Source: a virus
IMG/VR virus record: IMGVR_UViG_3300044701_001468
Strand: one strand, 5' to 3'
DNA: 64,000 nucleotides
A program made the translations under genes and the position numbers. Shown one piece after another: positions 1 to 8,444 of the stretch. How positions within the stretch are numbered: the stretch's first letter is position 1; the number at the start of each line of letters is the position of its first letter. The notes beneath the pieces were generated by a model, which was not told the origin of the DNA, ran no database searches, and worked only from the letters and a program-made list of their open reading frames with translations.

Positions 1-76
1 TTTGTCATAACAAACTTTTGCTACAACTTCTTCACCAGATGTTAGTTTCATTGTGGCATAAAACTCTTCTTCCATA

Positions 77-1555
77 TTATCTTAGATCGATTTTGATTAT
101 TTCTACATTAAACTTTTCTTCTTCATAGATTTTCAAACGCTCATCCAAATGTTTAAGCGTGTAGTTTTTTTGAGGTGTTCGGCAGAACTCATCTGCTATA
201 TCGTAAAGAGTTGCGTAGGTTTTGTTTTGACCTTTACGAAGCACCCTACCAATAGATTGTAAATTTCTTACCCTAGACTTTGATGGAGAAGCAAATACAA
301 CATTGTGTAGATTACGAATGTTAATACCTGTACTGAATGTTCCGTATGAAGCTACGATCACTGCATCATTTTCAATCTCAGTGATTCGTCTAATCTCTTC
401 GCGTTCTTCTGTGTCTACTCCACCATAGACTAGAAAAACTTTACGACCTTCTTTAACGACACTATTTATGCTCTCGTGTAAAGGCATTCCGTGACGCTCA
501 ACATAGTTAAAAAGAACTAATGTGTTTCCTTCTAGGTCTCTGACTAGATTGCGAATGAGACGATTACGTTTTGGGTTGTCAACAATTGCATCAATCTCAT
601 TTTGATAATCAAAGAACTCTTGCTTCTCGTGTTTGAGTAGAAGAACCTTGATTCTAAAATCAGATAGGTGACCATCCTTGATAAGCTTGTCTGTTTTGAT
701 AACATGCTTACACTCACCAAACAATCCTTCTAGCACCCACTTGTGTGTAGCAGAACCATCCAGTGTTCCAGTGAAACCAAAACGATATTTAGCTTCATGG
801 AGTTTAGTCATGATGCCAGTAAGTGATTTAGATTTAAACAAGTGTGCTTCGTCACCGATGACACAAGAGAAATCATCAAACCAACGCTTAGGAAATTTGT
901 AGATAGATTGCCATGTAGAAATGATAACTGCTTTCTCTACGTTCTTATCTTTACCGCCATAGATTTTGTGGCAGTGTTCCTCTACATCCCAACCATAGTC
1001 TTCGAAGTCTTTATACATCTGTTCCACCAGTGAAGTGGTGGGAACAATGATAAGAGTTTTCTTTCCTGTTTTCTTATACTCTGCTGCATAGTAGTAACGC
1101 ACCAGAGAATAAATCATCAAAGATTTACCTGAGGCAGTTGGGGATAATAAAAGTCTACGATTGTGTAGCAATGCTTCATACACTGCTTGAACTTGATAGT
1201 CGCGTGGTTCGTGATTAGGGCACACAGCACCCATGAAACCTCTAACACCTTCAAGGGAAATGTGATCATTCTTTTCTTCTACATCTCCGTAGAATTTGTT
1301 TGGTTTGTAATCAATTGAATAACCTTTGATTCCGCTCCATTCTTTGAGATGTGAGATGAGACCACAATAGAGCTCGCCTGTTCCTGGCGAGTAGAGTCTA
1401 ATCTTTCCATCCCACATGCCACTTCTATACTGGGGCATAAACTTGGCATTAGGGATATCGAATGTGAAATAATCTGCGAGTTCATAGTGAACGTGTGGTT
1501 CTGCGTTGATGGTTAAGAAGATGTTATTCTTCTTTGCGACTACCAGATTTGACAT
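77..1555 (-). CDS. uvsW: UvsW-like SF2 DNA/RNA helicase
   Basis: Walker A SPTASGKS, DEAH box, motif III GFTGT, motif VI QSIGRVLR; T4-type position after uvsY. Confidence 0.95.
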   Translation of the reverse strand: MSNLVVAKKNNIFLTINAEPHVHYELADYFTFDIPNAKFMPQYRSGMWDGKIRLYSPGTGELYCGLISHLKEWSGIKGYSIDYKPNKFYGDVEEKNDHISLEGVRGFMGAVCPNHEPRDYQVQAVYEALLHNRRLLLSPTASGKSLMIYSLVRYYYAAEYKKTGKKTLIIVPTTSLVEQMYKDFEDYGWDVEEHCHKIYGGKDKNVEKAVIISTWQSIYKFPKRWFDDFSCVIGDEAHLFKSKSLTGIMTKLHEAKYRFGFTGTLDGSATHKWVLEGLFGECKHVIKTDKLIKDGHLSDFRIKVLLLKHEKQEFFDYQNEIDAIVDNPKRNRLIRNLVRDLEGNTLVLFNYVERHGMPLHESINSVVKEGRKVFLVYGGVDTEEREEIRRITEIENDAVIVASYGTFSTGINIRNLHNVVFASPSKSRVRNLQSIGRVLRKGQNKTYATLYDIADEFCRTPQKNYTLKHLDERLKIYEEEKFNVEIIKIDLR

Positions 1556-2031
1556 TAGGTGTTTCCGTTAATAAATTTTTCCCACTCAATAGCGTTCTTA
1601 ATTTGGAAACTTCTGTTGGAAATCATTTTAAGGATATTATCCAAAAAGAAAAGTGCCTTATTAATAAATTCTATTTTCATTTCGATGTTAATTAAATCCT
1701 CATCCGCCTCTAGATATACTTTCATCTTTTCGGATGTTTTGATGGATTGCCCAAATGGTTTTTCTTTGTAAACTTCTGGATCGGCTTCGCCTTGATAATA
1801 TTCTCTTTTTTGTTTTAACTTCATACGATACTGGAATTCCAGTGCAGTCTTCTCTGTGGAGAAATCGTTGTAGAAGTTTAAATATTTATTGTGTTGATAC
1901 GGGATGTCTAGGGAGATCTGTGCTAGATCTGCTGAGTATTGTTTGCTTTTGAATTGGAAGTCGATATGGGAATCTTCCTGCCATTCTGATTTAACATGAT
2001 CAAAGAGAGTTTTCAAATCATCAAATTTCAT
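1555..2031 (-). CDS. uvsY: UvsY recombination mediator
   Basis: 158 aa helical protein ending SNRSFQIKNAIEWEKF, typical of the UvsY C-terminus; coupled to uvsW. Confidence 0.85.
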   Translation of the reverse strand: MKFDDLKTLFDHVKSEWQEDSHIDFQFKSKQYSADLAQISLDIPYQHNKYLNFYNDFSTEKTALEFQYRMKLKQKREYYQGEADPEVYKEKPFGQSIKTSEKMKVYLEADEDLINIEMKIEFINKALFFLDNILKMISNRSFQIKNAIEWEKFINGNT

Positions 2032-2034
2032 AAA

Positions 2035-2547
2035 TTATAATTCCTTGTTTAATTTATTTCTAAAAATATAACGTGTAAATTTAAAAGTTACTTCAGCAGT
2101 TAAGTATTCTACATCTTGATCTGCTACATCAAAATCTAATCCAGTGAGATTTATTGGAAATAGATCTTCAAAATTTACAATTACGTTTGGTTGATAATTA
2201 CTATTTAAAATATATAATTGTCCTTCCGAATATTCAATATCTGAAGTTGCAAAATCTTCCGCTAAATTATTTTTTTGCAACCAATTATAAATTGTCAGAT
2301 AATTTTTCATATCTTCATCCACAATAAATTTTATTGTGAAATCTCCATATGTTATACCACCCGAAGAAATTAGTGGTACGTTTCTAAATTTTGAAGATAC
2401 ATCTACAAACGGAGCATTAACGTCAGGAACATTTGCTCGTTGGCAAAAAAAGTCAACACCAGGAAATAATTCTAGATTCATTTTAAATCCAGATGGAGCT
2501 AAAAAATTTCTATTTCCTGGTTGTTCTTGAAACCATTTTGCTGACAT
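2035..2547 (-). CDS. gp3: Tail completion / sheath stabiliser gp3
   Basis: NFLAPSGFK...VDFFCQRANVP...FIVDEDMKNY motifs; position downstream of gp23. Confidence 0.8.
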   Translation of the reverse strand: MSAKWFQEQPGNRNFLAPSGFKMNLELFPGVDFFCQRANVPDVNAPFVDVSSKFRNVPLISSGGITYGDFTIKFIVDEDMKNYLTIYNWLQKNNLAEDFATSDIEYSEGQLYILNSNYQPNVIVNFEDLFPINLTGLDFDVADQDVEYLTAEVTFKFTRYIFRNKLNKEL

Positions 2548-2566
2548 GATCTTATCCTTTTTTCAC

Positions 2567-2574
2567 TATTTATT
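2567..2574 (-). promoter_or_regulatory. T4 late-type promoter (AATAAATA) for gp3-uvsY-uvsW
   Basis: Motif 19 nt upstream of the gp3 start, just downstream of the gp23 terminator. Confidence 0.65.
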
Positions 2575-2579
2575 TCCAT

Positions 2580-2604
2580 AAAAAAAGACCCCCGAAGGGG
2601 TCTT
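2580..2604 (-). terminator. Rho-independent terminator after gp23
   Basis: Minus strand AAGACCCC-TTCG-GGGGTCTT running into a T tract; UUCG tetraloop. Confidence 0.88.
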
Positions 2605-2622
2605 GAAAAATGATCGTGAAGA

Positions 2623-4062
2623 TCAGGTGAGGTTGATGACCTTAACTCTTCTGTAGTACTGGTTAGTACCAGCGGTAAGAGTTGAACCATCAGGAGTTCC
2701 ACCAGCAATTCCGTTGGATTGTGTGGTTGAAACGAATGGGTTGCTGACCATGCCGTAACGAGTCTTGAAGCCAATCTTAGGCTGGAAGGTGTCAGGATTG
2801 ATCGAACGAACCATTTGGAGAGGAACGTATGGGCAATAGAAAAGACCAGCATCATAAGGTGATGTGCCCTTATAACCCATGACATAGTAGTGCTTAGCAG
2901 CAGAACCCTGTGAATAAACAGGAGCACCGAATGGATCGATGTAAACGCGGATGCCACCCTGAAGAACGCCAGCGAAGACGTTACCAGTGTCATCAACGTT
3001 GAGTGAGGTGTTAAGAGCAGGAGCGTAATCTAGAGCGCCAGCAAGGTTAAGTGCCGAAGCAACGTCTGCTGAACAGATTACGAAGTTACCCTTACCTCTG
3101 CGGGTTAGTTGACCGATAGCATTAGCATCGCGCTGAAGTTGGAAGAGCATACCCTTGAACTTCTCTGCTTGCCAACGACCATTGGAGTCAACGTCGAGGT
3201 CGAAAGTACCAGGAGTAGCAACATCCTGTTGAGCACCTGCTTGAGCAACGGTGTAAACTGTACGGATGATCTCTCTGTTGATTTCAGCAAGGATTTCGCT
3301 GGAGAGAATGTTTGCTAGTTCCTGCTCAGCATCAAGACCATGGATAGCCTTGAGGTCTTGTGCGAGTTCTAGGGTGTAGTCTGCCTTGAGAGCACGAGTC
3401 TTAGCGGTAACCGAGGTCTTCTCGATGCTGAAGCTCATTTCACGGAAGAGAGCAGCAGCTTCGCCTAGAGTTTCTGAAGTCTCACGGGTCATACCACGAG
3501 CAACTTCATAAGCGCCAGGTGATGCGTCGTTAAGAACAGCAGGGTTGTTACCATCTGAAGTCGAACCACCACCAACTGAAGTACCATCAGCAGCACGAAC
3601 GGCGTAAGAACCAGCTGTGTTGCCATCGTTACCAGCAGAGAATCCTGAATCTGGTTCGTAGTATAGCGCCTCAGCACCATCACGAGCTTCGTAACGCGCA
3701 CGCATTGCGAAGATAAGACCAGTAGGACCGCTCATTGGTTGAACGCCAGCGATGTCATAAGCGACAAGGTTAGGCATTGAACGGCGGATTAGGCTGATTA
3801 GGATAGGATCGAAACCAGCAAGTCCTGTTGAACCTGAGTTTGAGGTTAGAGCACCAGTGCCAGCGTAACCGCCGACGCCACCAAGGCTGTTAACTGATAC
3901 TTCGTTTAGCATACCATGCTCTTCGCGGATGGCACGCTCTTGGTTTTCTAGCAGGGCGGCGGTAACTGCTCTACGATATGGATCTTTGATCTCTGAGAGA
4001 CCAGTGCCATTAGCGTTAAGGACAGGTGCCCACTTTTCCTGCAAAAGTCTTGAATCTGACAT
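2623..4062 (-). CDS. gp23: Major capsid protein gp23
   Basis: EKWAPVL, LLENQE, GVQPMSGPTGLIFAMR, ELAQDLKAIHGLDAEQEL, YCPYVPLQM, FQPKIGFKTRYG. Confidence 0.98.
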   Translation of the reverse strand: MSDSRLLQEKWAPVLNANGTGLSEIKDPYRRAVTAALLENQERAIREEHGMLNEVSVNSLGGVGGYAGTGALTSNSGSTGLAGFDPILISLIRRSMPNLVAYDIAGVQPMSGPTGLIFAMRARYEARDGAEALYYEPDSGFSAGNDGNTAGSYAVRAADGTSVGGGSTSDGNNPAVLNDASPGAYEVARGMTRETSETLGEAAALFREMSFSIEKTSVTAKTRALKADYTLELAQDLKAIHGLDAEQELANILSSEILAEINREIIRTVYTVAQAGAQQDVATPGTFDLDVDSNGRWQAEKFKGMLFQLQRDANAIGQLTRRGKGNFVICSADVASALNLAGALDYAPALNTSLNVDDTGNVFAGVLQGGIRVYIDPFGAPVYSQGSAAKHYYVMGYKGTSPYDAGLFYCPYVPLQMVRSINPDTFQPKIGFKTRYGMVSNPFVSTTQSNGIAGGTPDGSTLTAGTNQYYRRVKVINLT

Positions 4063-4099
4063 TTGCTTAAAACTCCTTTGAGTGTTTGGGTTTGTTAAT

Positions 4100-4107
4100 T
4101 ATTTATC
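4100..4107 (-). promoter_or_regulatory. T4 late-type promoter (GATAAATA) for gp23
   Basis: ATAAATA core 37 nt upstream of the gp23 start. Confidence 0.65.
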
Positions 4108-4114
4108 GAAATGA

Positions 4115-5239
4115 TTACTGCCAGCGTGAGAGAGTCTTGAGGTATGCTGCCATTGCTGGTGACATATTCTCTTGACCTTCTGCTACTGCTTCATCAGAAA
4201 CTTGCTCAGTTACTACATGCTTAGGGAAGTAGCTGCTAATGAGAGTTGCGACTTTGTTCTTGAAGTCTTCTTCAGAAACAAATTCTACTCCTTCAGCAAG
4301 AGAAGCAAGCTTTTCTCTTTGAGTATCTACAAGACCTTCGCTCATTTGATTGAGGACGACTTGCTTATGATAACCAGCGAGTTTATTATTAAGTTCAATG
4401 TTACGCTCAAGTTGTTCGTTGAGGCGACCTTCCATTTCACAAAGCTCCTCAGTCATCGTTTCAACAACGTTGACTTTCTCCGATGGGAGATCGAGGTAGT
4501 TTTCTTCAAAAACTTTTTTGAGTCCACCCATGAACTCTTCTGCAATCTCAAGTTTGAGACCAGCATCAAGAGCCACTTGGTTCTCTTCTACCCAAGTAGT
4601 GATTGCGTAGTTGAGTGTTTCATCAACTTTAGTAGCAAGAGACGCAATCTCTTCTTGGAGTTTGGCGGAGAACTGCTCTTCGAGTGAAGAAGCGATAGCA
4701 GTTACTTGCTCTTCGATTCTTGACTTAACAGCAGCTTCGAAGATTGTTGATGCTTTCGCTTTGAAATCTTCGGAGAACTCTCCACCTTCGGTAAGGGCAG
4801 CAACATCTTCCTCAGCGGAATATTCGATTGCTTCCATACCAAATACTTTTACTGTGTTTTGAGTCGTTGACTCAAGACCATAACCAGATTGCTTAACTGA
4901 AGGTGCTGGATCCTGTCCTTTACCTCTGGTCTGGGCATCGCTAACTTTACTGATTCCTTTAGCAGCTTTAGCACCAGGATTTTCTTCGCCTTCTGGATCT
5001 TCAAAATCTGAACCACCATTGTCTACTTCAGATTCTGAAGGGACAACAGAAGTTGGAACAGTTGGTCTAGGGTCTTGACCCTTACCTCTAGTTTGCGCGT
5101 CGCTTACGGCACCGCCGACTGGTTGCATGTACTGACTACCAGAAGACTGACCAGGAACGATTGAAGGAGAGAGAGCACTTAGTCCAACTTCTGACTCAGT
5201 TACAAGCTCCTCAAACTTTTCGTTTAAGTTATCTGACAT
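4115..5239 (-). CDS. gp22: Prohead scaffold protein gp22
   Basis: FSEDFKAKASTIFEAAV, acidic coiled coil, C-terminal MAAYL; between gp21 and gp23. Confidence 0.9.
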   Translation of the reverse strand: MSDNLNEKFEELVTESEVGLSALSPSIVPGQSSGSQYMQPVGGAVSDAQTRGKGQDPRPTVPTSVVPSESEVDNGGSDFEDPEGEENPGAKAAKGISKVSDAQTRGKGQDPAPSVKQSGYGLESTTQNTVKVFGMEAIEYSAEEDVAALTEGGEFSEDFKAKASTIFEAAVKSRIEEQVTAIASSLEEQFSAKLQEEIASLATKVDETLNYAITTWVEENQVALDAGLKLEIAEEFMGGLKKVFEENYLDLPSEKVNVVETMTEELCEMEGRLNEQLERNIELNNKLAGYHKQVVLNQMSEGLVDTQREKLASLAEGVEFVSEEDFKNKVATLISSYFPKHVVTEQVSDEAVAEGQENMSPAMAAYLKTLSRWQ

Positions 5240-5281
5240 TTGAGATTCCTCGTAAATTCTACAATATGGTTATTCTATGAT

Positions 5282-5289
5282 TATTTATT
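5282..5289 (-). promoter_or_regulatory. T4 late-type promoter (AATAAATA) for gp22
   Basis: Motif in the gp21-gp22 intergenic region. Confidence 0.6.
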
Positions 5290-5292
5290 AAA

Positions 5293-5937
5293 TTACAAAC
5301 TTTGTAAGAAGTGGTTAAATGCTTTTAACGACCTCTCCTCAAGATTCTTTCTGGTAGATTCAGAAATATATCTTTTATATTTAGCAACATTTACTTCTTT
5401 AATGATGCCATTTTCCCACACCCACTCTTTTCCTTCCATAATTCCGTTAACAAATGCATCAGGTGCGGAAGGATCTGCTACAATATCAGCGGCAGTTGCA
5501 AGCATGAAATCATCACGAACATAGTTTGCTCCATTCTTTTCTTCAATAGAACCCATGCCTCTAGAAGATACTCCGAGTTTTACGCCAGACTCTAAAAGAG
5601 ACTTAGCGATATTGCCCATTGGAGTTGAAAGAATTTGTGCCTTGCCAATGAAATTGCTTCCTTCTGCTTTGAGAGAAACAATCTTATGTGATACACGATC
5701 AAGATTTACGGTTGGTCCATCTGGGTGTCCGAGTTCCCCAAGAGCACGACCAGATGTAACATATTGCTCTGTGTATCTACCAACTTCGCGCTCTAATACA
5801 CCGAAAGGATAAACGCGACCATTACGATTTTTAATATCTGCTTGAAGGAAAACACCTTCAATGTAAAGATTTTTTTTGCCGTTTGATTCTTCTACGAGGA
5901 CTTGTACTTCCTCAATGCTCTCGGTGATTAGTTTCAT
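5293..5937 (-). CDS. gp21: Prohead protease gp21
   Basis: YIEGVFLQADIKNRNGRVYP, ALGELGHP, GVSSRGMGS, ADIVADPSAPDAFV. Confidence 0.95.
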   Translation of the reverse strand: MKLITESIEEVQVLVEESNGKKNLYIEGVFLQADIKNRNGRVYPFGVLEREVGRYTEQYVTSGRALGELGHPDGPTVNLDRVSHKIVSLKAEGSNFIGKAQILSTPMGNIAKSLLESGVKLGVSSRGMGSIEEKNGANYVRDDFMLATAADIVADPSAPDAFVNGIMEGKEWVWENGIIKEVNVAKYKRYISESTRKNLEERSLKAFNHFLQSL

Positions 5938-6128
5938 TCTTCTGTTTCCTCTTGTGGTGATTCGAACTCTACCTCCTCTTCTGGAGAATCAAAGAATGAC
6001 TTAGCAACAATTTGCTTATAGTCACCCATTGCTTGTGATGCTTTTCCGTAAAGAATGTCAGCAATTTTATCTATAGCAGCGAGGCGATTGCCATCGCGCA
6101 CAGCGTTTACAACTTCAATAGTGTCCAT
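5934..6128 (-). CDS. Small prohead core protein (gp67/gp68-like)
   Basis: 64 aa with an acidic tail between portal and protease; call is positional. Confidence 0.55.
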   Translation of the reverse strand: MDTIEVVNAVRDGNRLAAIDKIADILYGKASQAMGDYKQIVAKSFFDSPEEEVEFESPQEETEE

Positions 6129-6148
6129 GTAATTAACCTATAATAAAC

Positions 6149-6156
6149 TATTTATT
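6149..6156 (-). promoter_or_regulatory. T4 late-type promoter (AATAAATA)
   Basis: Motif overlapping the gp20 stop, upstream of the core and protease genes. Confidence 0.55.
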
Positions 6157-7771
6157 TTTCTGATGTTTTGGGTTTAGGTGGAGCAGCAGGTGCTGGAGGT
6201 GGTGGAGGCATTGCGCCAACCTCAAGTGATGCAGCATTCATCAAGTTGGTGTGAATAGGATCAGGAATCTTACCTTCTCCAATTTCGGATTCCATTTGCT
6301 TAGTGATCTCATCATATTCTGTATCAGATTGCATAAGAACTTGCTTTCTGACATATTCAATAGAATAATATTTACCCAAGAAAGGATCTAACTGAGTAGC
6401 AACTTGTAGGCGATTGCCCATAAGTTCTGCTTGCTTAAGTTCTTCAAAATGATTATCAAAATGATAGTCATATTGAATATGCTCTTGCATTTCTTCCCAA
6501 TCTTCTGGAGCAATAACTCCTTTTAGAATGAGTTGAGTTTTTAGCATGTCATGGAACATTGCGCTAAACTTCTTACGAAGTCTTGCAATCCACTTGGCAA
6601 ACTTAAGTTCATCACGTAAAATTTCAGATGAACGACCAAGTGAGAATCCTTGGTTAGCATCATCTAAACGTGATGGTGGGAGGTTAAGTGAGTTGTATAG
6701 TTTCTTTTTGAAGTATTCGACATCCTTAAGTTCGCCCAGATTTTGACCACCAGGCAGAGTTGTGATTTCTGTTCCTCTGCCACCTTCACGTCTGGGGAGC
6801 CAAAAGTCCTCAAGCATACTCATATGCTTTTTGTCGTCACGAATCTCACCAGTCTGTGCGTCATAAACGAGTTTGTTTCTGTAACGCGCCATTGTTTCGC
6901 GTAGGTATTGCTCTGCCTTTACCTTAGGTAGATTGCCTACATCGATGTAGAAAATTCTTCTTTCTGGTGCGCGTGACAAACGATAGATAACCAGCGCATC
7001 TTCGATCATGCGAAGCTGGTTGAGTGATTTGATTGCTTTGTGTAGGAAACTCAAAACCATCTTTTTGTTGAGGTCTTGAATACCTGATTGAACATAAGTG
7101 ATTGCATCATTCGCAATTTTGACGCCACTTGTTGCGTTGTTAACGTCAAAGGTTGAACTGATGAATCCCTTAGGATTATACATGTAGTAATCTACATACT
7201 CACCAAAGTCATATTGATAAGCGGTTCCTTGAATACCTTGTAAATTTTGTGCTAACTTAGGATCTTTATTTTGAACTCTTACTTTTTTGATTCTGAGTGG
7301 ATCGATGTATCTGAGTTCAAGAATACCCGCTTTAGGATTAGCAAGATCAATGACTTTATGATAATATAGTCTACCATCAATATACCAAGTTCTAAAAATT
7401 TCATGAGCTCTGGTATCAAAATGAAGAAGACGGAGAAGATATAAAAACTCTTCTCTAATTTTTTTCTTGATTGATTCGCTTACATCTAAATTAGACAACT
7501 CAATTGAAATAGGAGTATCATCTAAACTAGAATTAATTGCTTCGTTAACGATCTCGTCAATAGCGGAGTCAACTTCTGGATGCATCGACATATCACGATA
7601 GCGCCTAATGAGATCAAACTCATTACGCGCTACGCCATCAATATCCACATACGAACCAAAATAACCACCTGCTACAGTGGTTACCGCGTCGTCAGCAGAA
7701 GGAGGAATTGGGGACTGACCTTTCAATTCCTCCTGTTTAGATTTGATTGAGAATCCAAAAAGTTGACTCAT
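6152..7771 (-). CDS. gp20: Portal vertex protein gp20
   Basis: IYRLSRAPERRIFYIDVGNLPK, MLEDFWLPRREGGRGTEITTLPGG. Confidence 0.97.
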   Translation of the reverse strand: MSQLFGFSIKSKQEELKGQSPIPPSADDAVTTVAGGYFGSYVDIDGVARNEFDLIRRYRDMSMHPEVDSAIDEIVNEAINSSLDDTPISIELSNLDVSESIKKKIREEFLYLLRLLHFDTRAHEIFRTWYIDGRLYYHKVIDLANPKAGILELRYIDPLRIKKVRVQNKDPKLAQNLQGIQGTAYQYDFGEYVDYYMYNPKGFISSTFDVNNATSGVKIANDAITYVQSGIQDLNKKMVLSFLHKAIKSLNQLRMIEDALVIYRLSRAPERRIFYIDVGNLPKVKAEQYLRETMARYRNKLVYDAQTGEIRDDKKHMSMLEDFWLPRREGGRGTEITTLPGGQNLGELKDVEYFKKKLYNSLNLPPSRLDDANQGFSLGRSSEILRDELKFAKWIARLRKKFSAMFHDMLKTQLILKGVIAPEDWEEMQEHIQYDYHFDNHFEELKQAELMGNRLQVATQLDPFLGKYYSIEYVRKQVLMQSDTEYDEITKQMESEIGEGKIPDPIHTNLMNAASLEVGAMPPPPPAPAAPPKPKTSEK

Positions 7772-7799
7772 ATTTAAATTGTCTCACTTACCGATACTA

Positions 7800-7807
7800 T
7801 ATTTATG
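7800..7807 (-). promoter_or_regulatory. T4 late-type promoter (CATAAATA) for gp20
   Basis: Motif overlapping the gp19 stop, 28 nt upstream of gp20. Confidence 0.55.
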
Positions 7808-8405
7808 CGCCAGCTACAACGTCAGTTTCGCTGGTTCCTTCCCCTCTTGTCCAGTATTGAACTTGGAATTCAACTGTGAATTCTTCAATCTGATCATTGC
7901 TGTCATAAGCAAGATCAATTTGAGAAATGTTGGTTGGAAAACAATCCCATAATTTATAAGTTGCAATAACATTACCAGTAGCAGAATTAGATCTTTCTAA
8001 TTGCTTAACAAGAATGTTTGCTGTGTATCCAGTGCTTGAAGGGACAACTAATGAAGCAGAATTTTTTTCGTGCTGATTAATTGCATCCATCCATTTTTCA
8101 AATGCTTTACGAACTTTGAATCCTGTTGAACTAGCATTAGGACCATCATTAAAGAACGTTGCCGTCCAAGTATCAAATGTTCTGTCTCCAGCAATCTTAA
8201 CTGTTCTTCCTCTAAAAGGAACTTCAATAACACCTAAGTTTGATGCTGGAAGAGCAGCTGATTTGCAAAGAATACCAGTTAATGTATCCTCATCCGTGCT
8301 AACAGAAAGTGTTGAAGGGAATGTGATATCAACTTCGTAAAGATTAGGTCTTACGCCATTTTTAATATTCTGTAAGAATCCACTTACGCTACTTGAAATT
8401 GCCAT
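7803..8405 (-). CDS. gp19: Tail tube protein gp19
   Basis: RPNLYEV, IEVPFRGRTVKIAGDRTFDTWT, IEEFTVEFQVQYW. Confidence 0.93.
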   Translation of the reverse strand: MAISSSVSGFLQNIKNGVRPNLYEVDITFPSTLSVSTDEDTLTGILCKSAALPASNLGVIEVPFRGRTVKIAGDRTFDTWTATFFNDGPNASSTGFKVRKAFEKWMDAINQHEKNSASLVVPSSTGYTANILVKQLERSNSATGNVIATYKLWDCFPTNISQIDLAYDSNDQIEEFTVEFQVQYWTRGEGTSETDVVAGA

Positions 8406-8444
8406 TTGTTTGTTACCTCTCTAATGTTAATGATTTTTAAAAAA

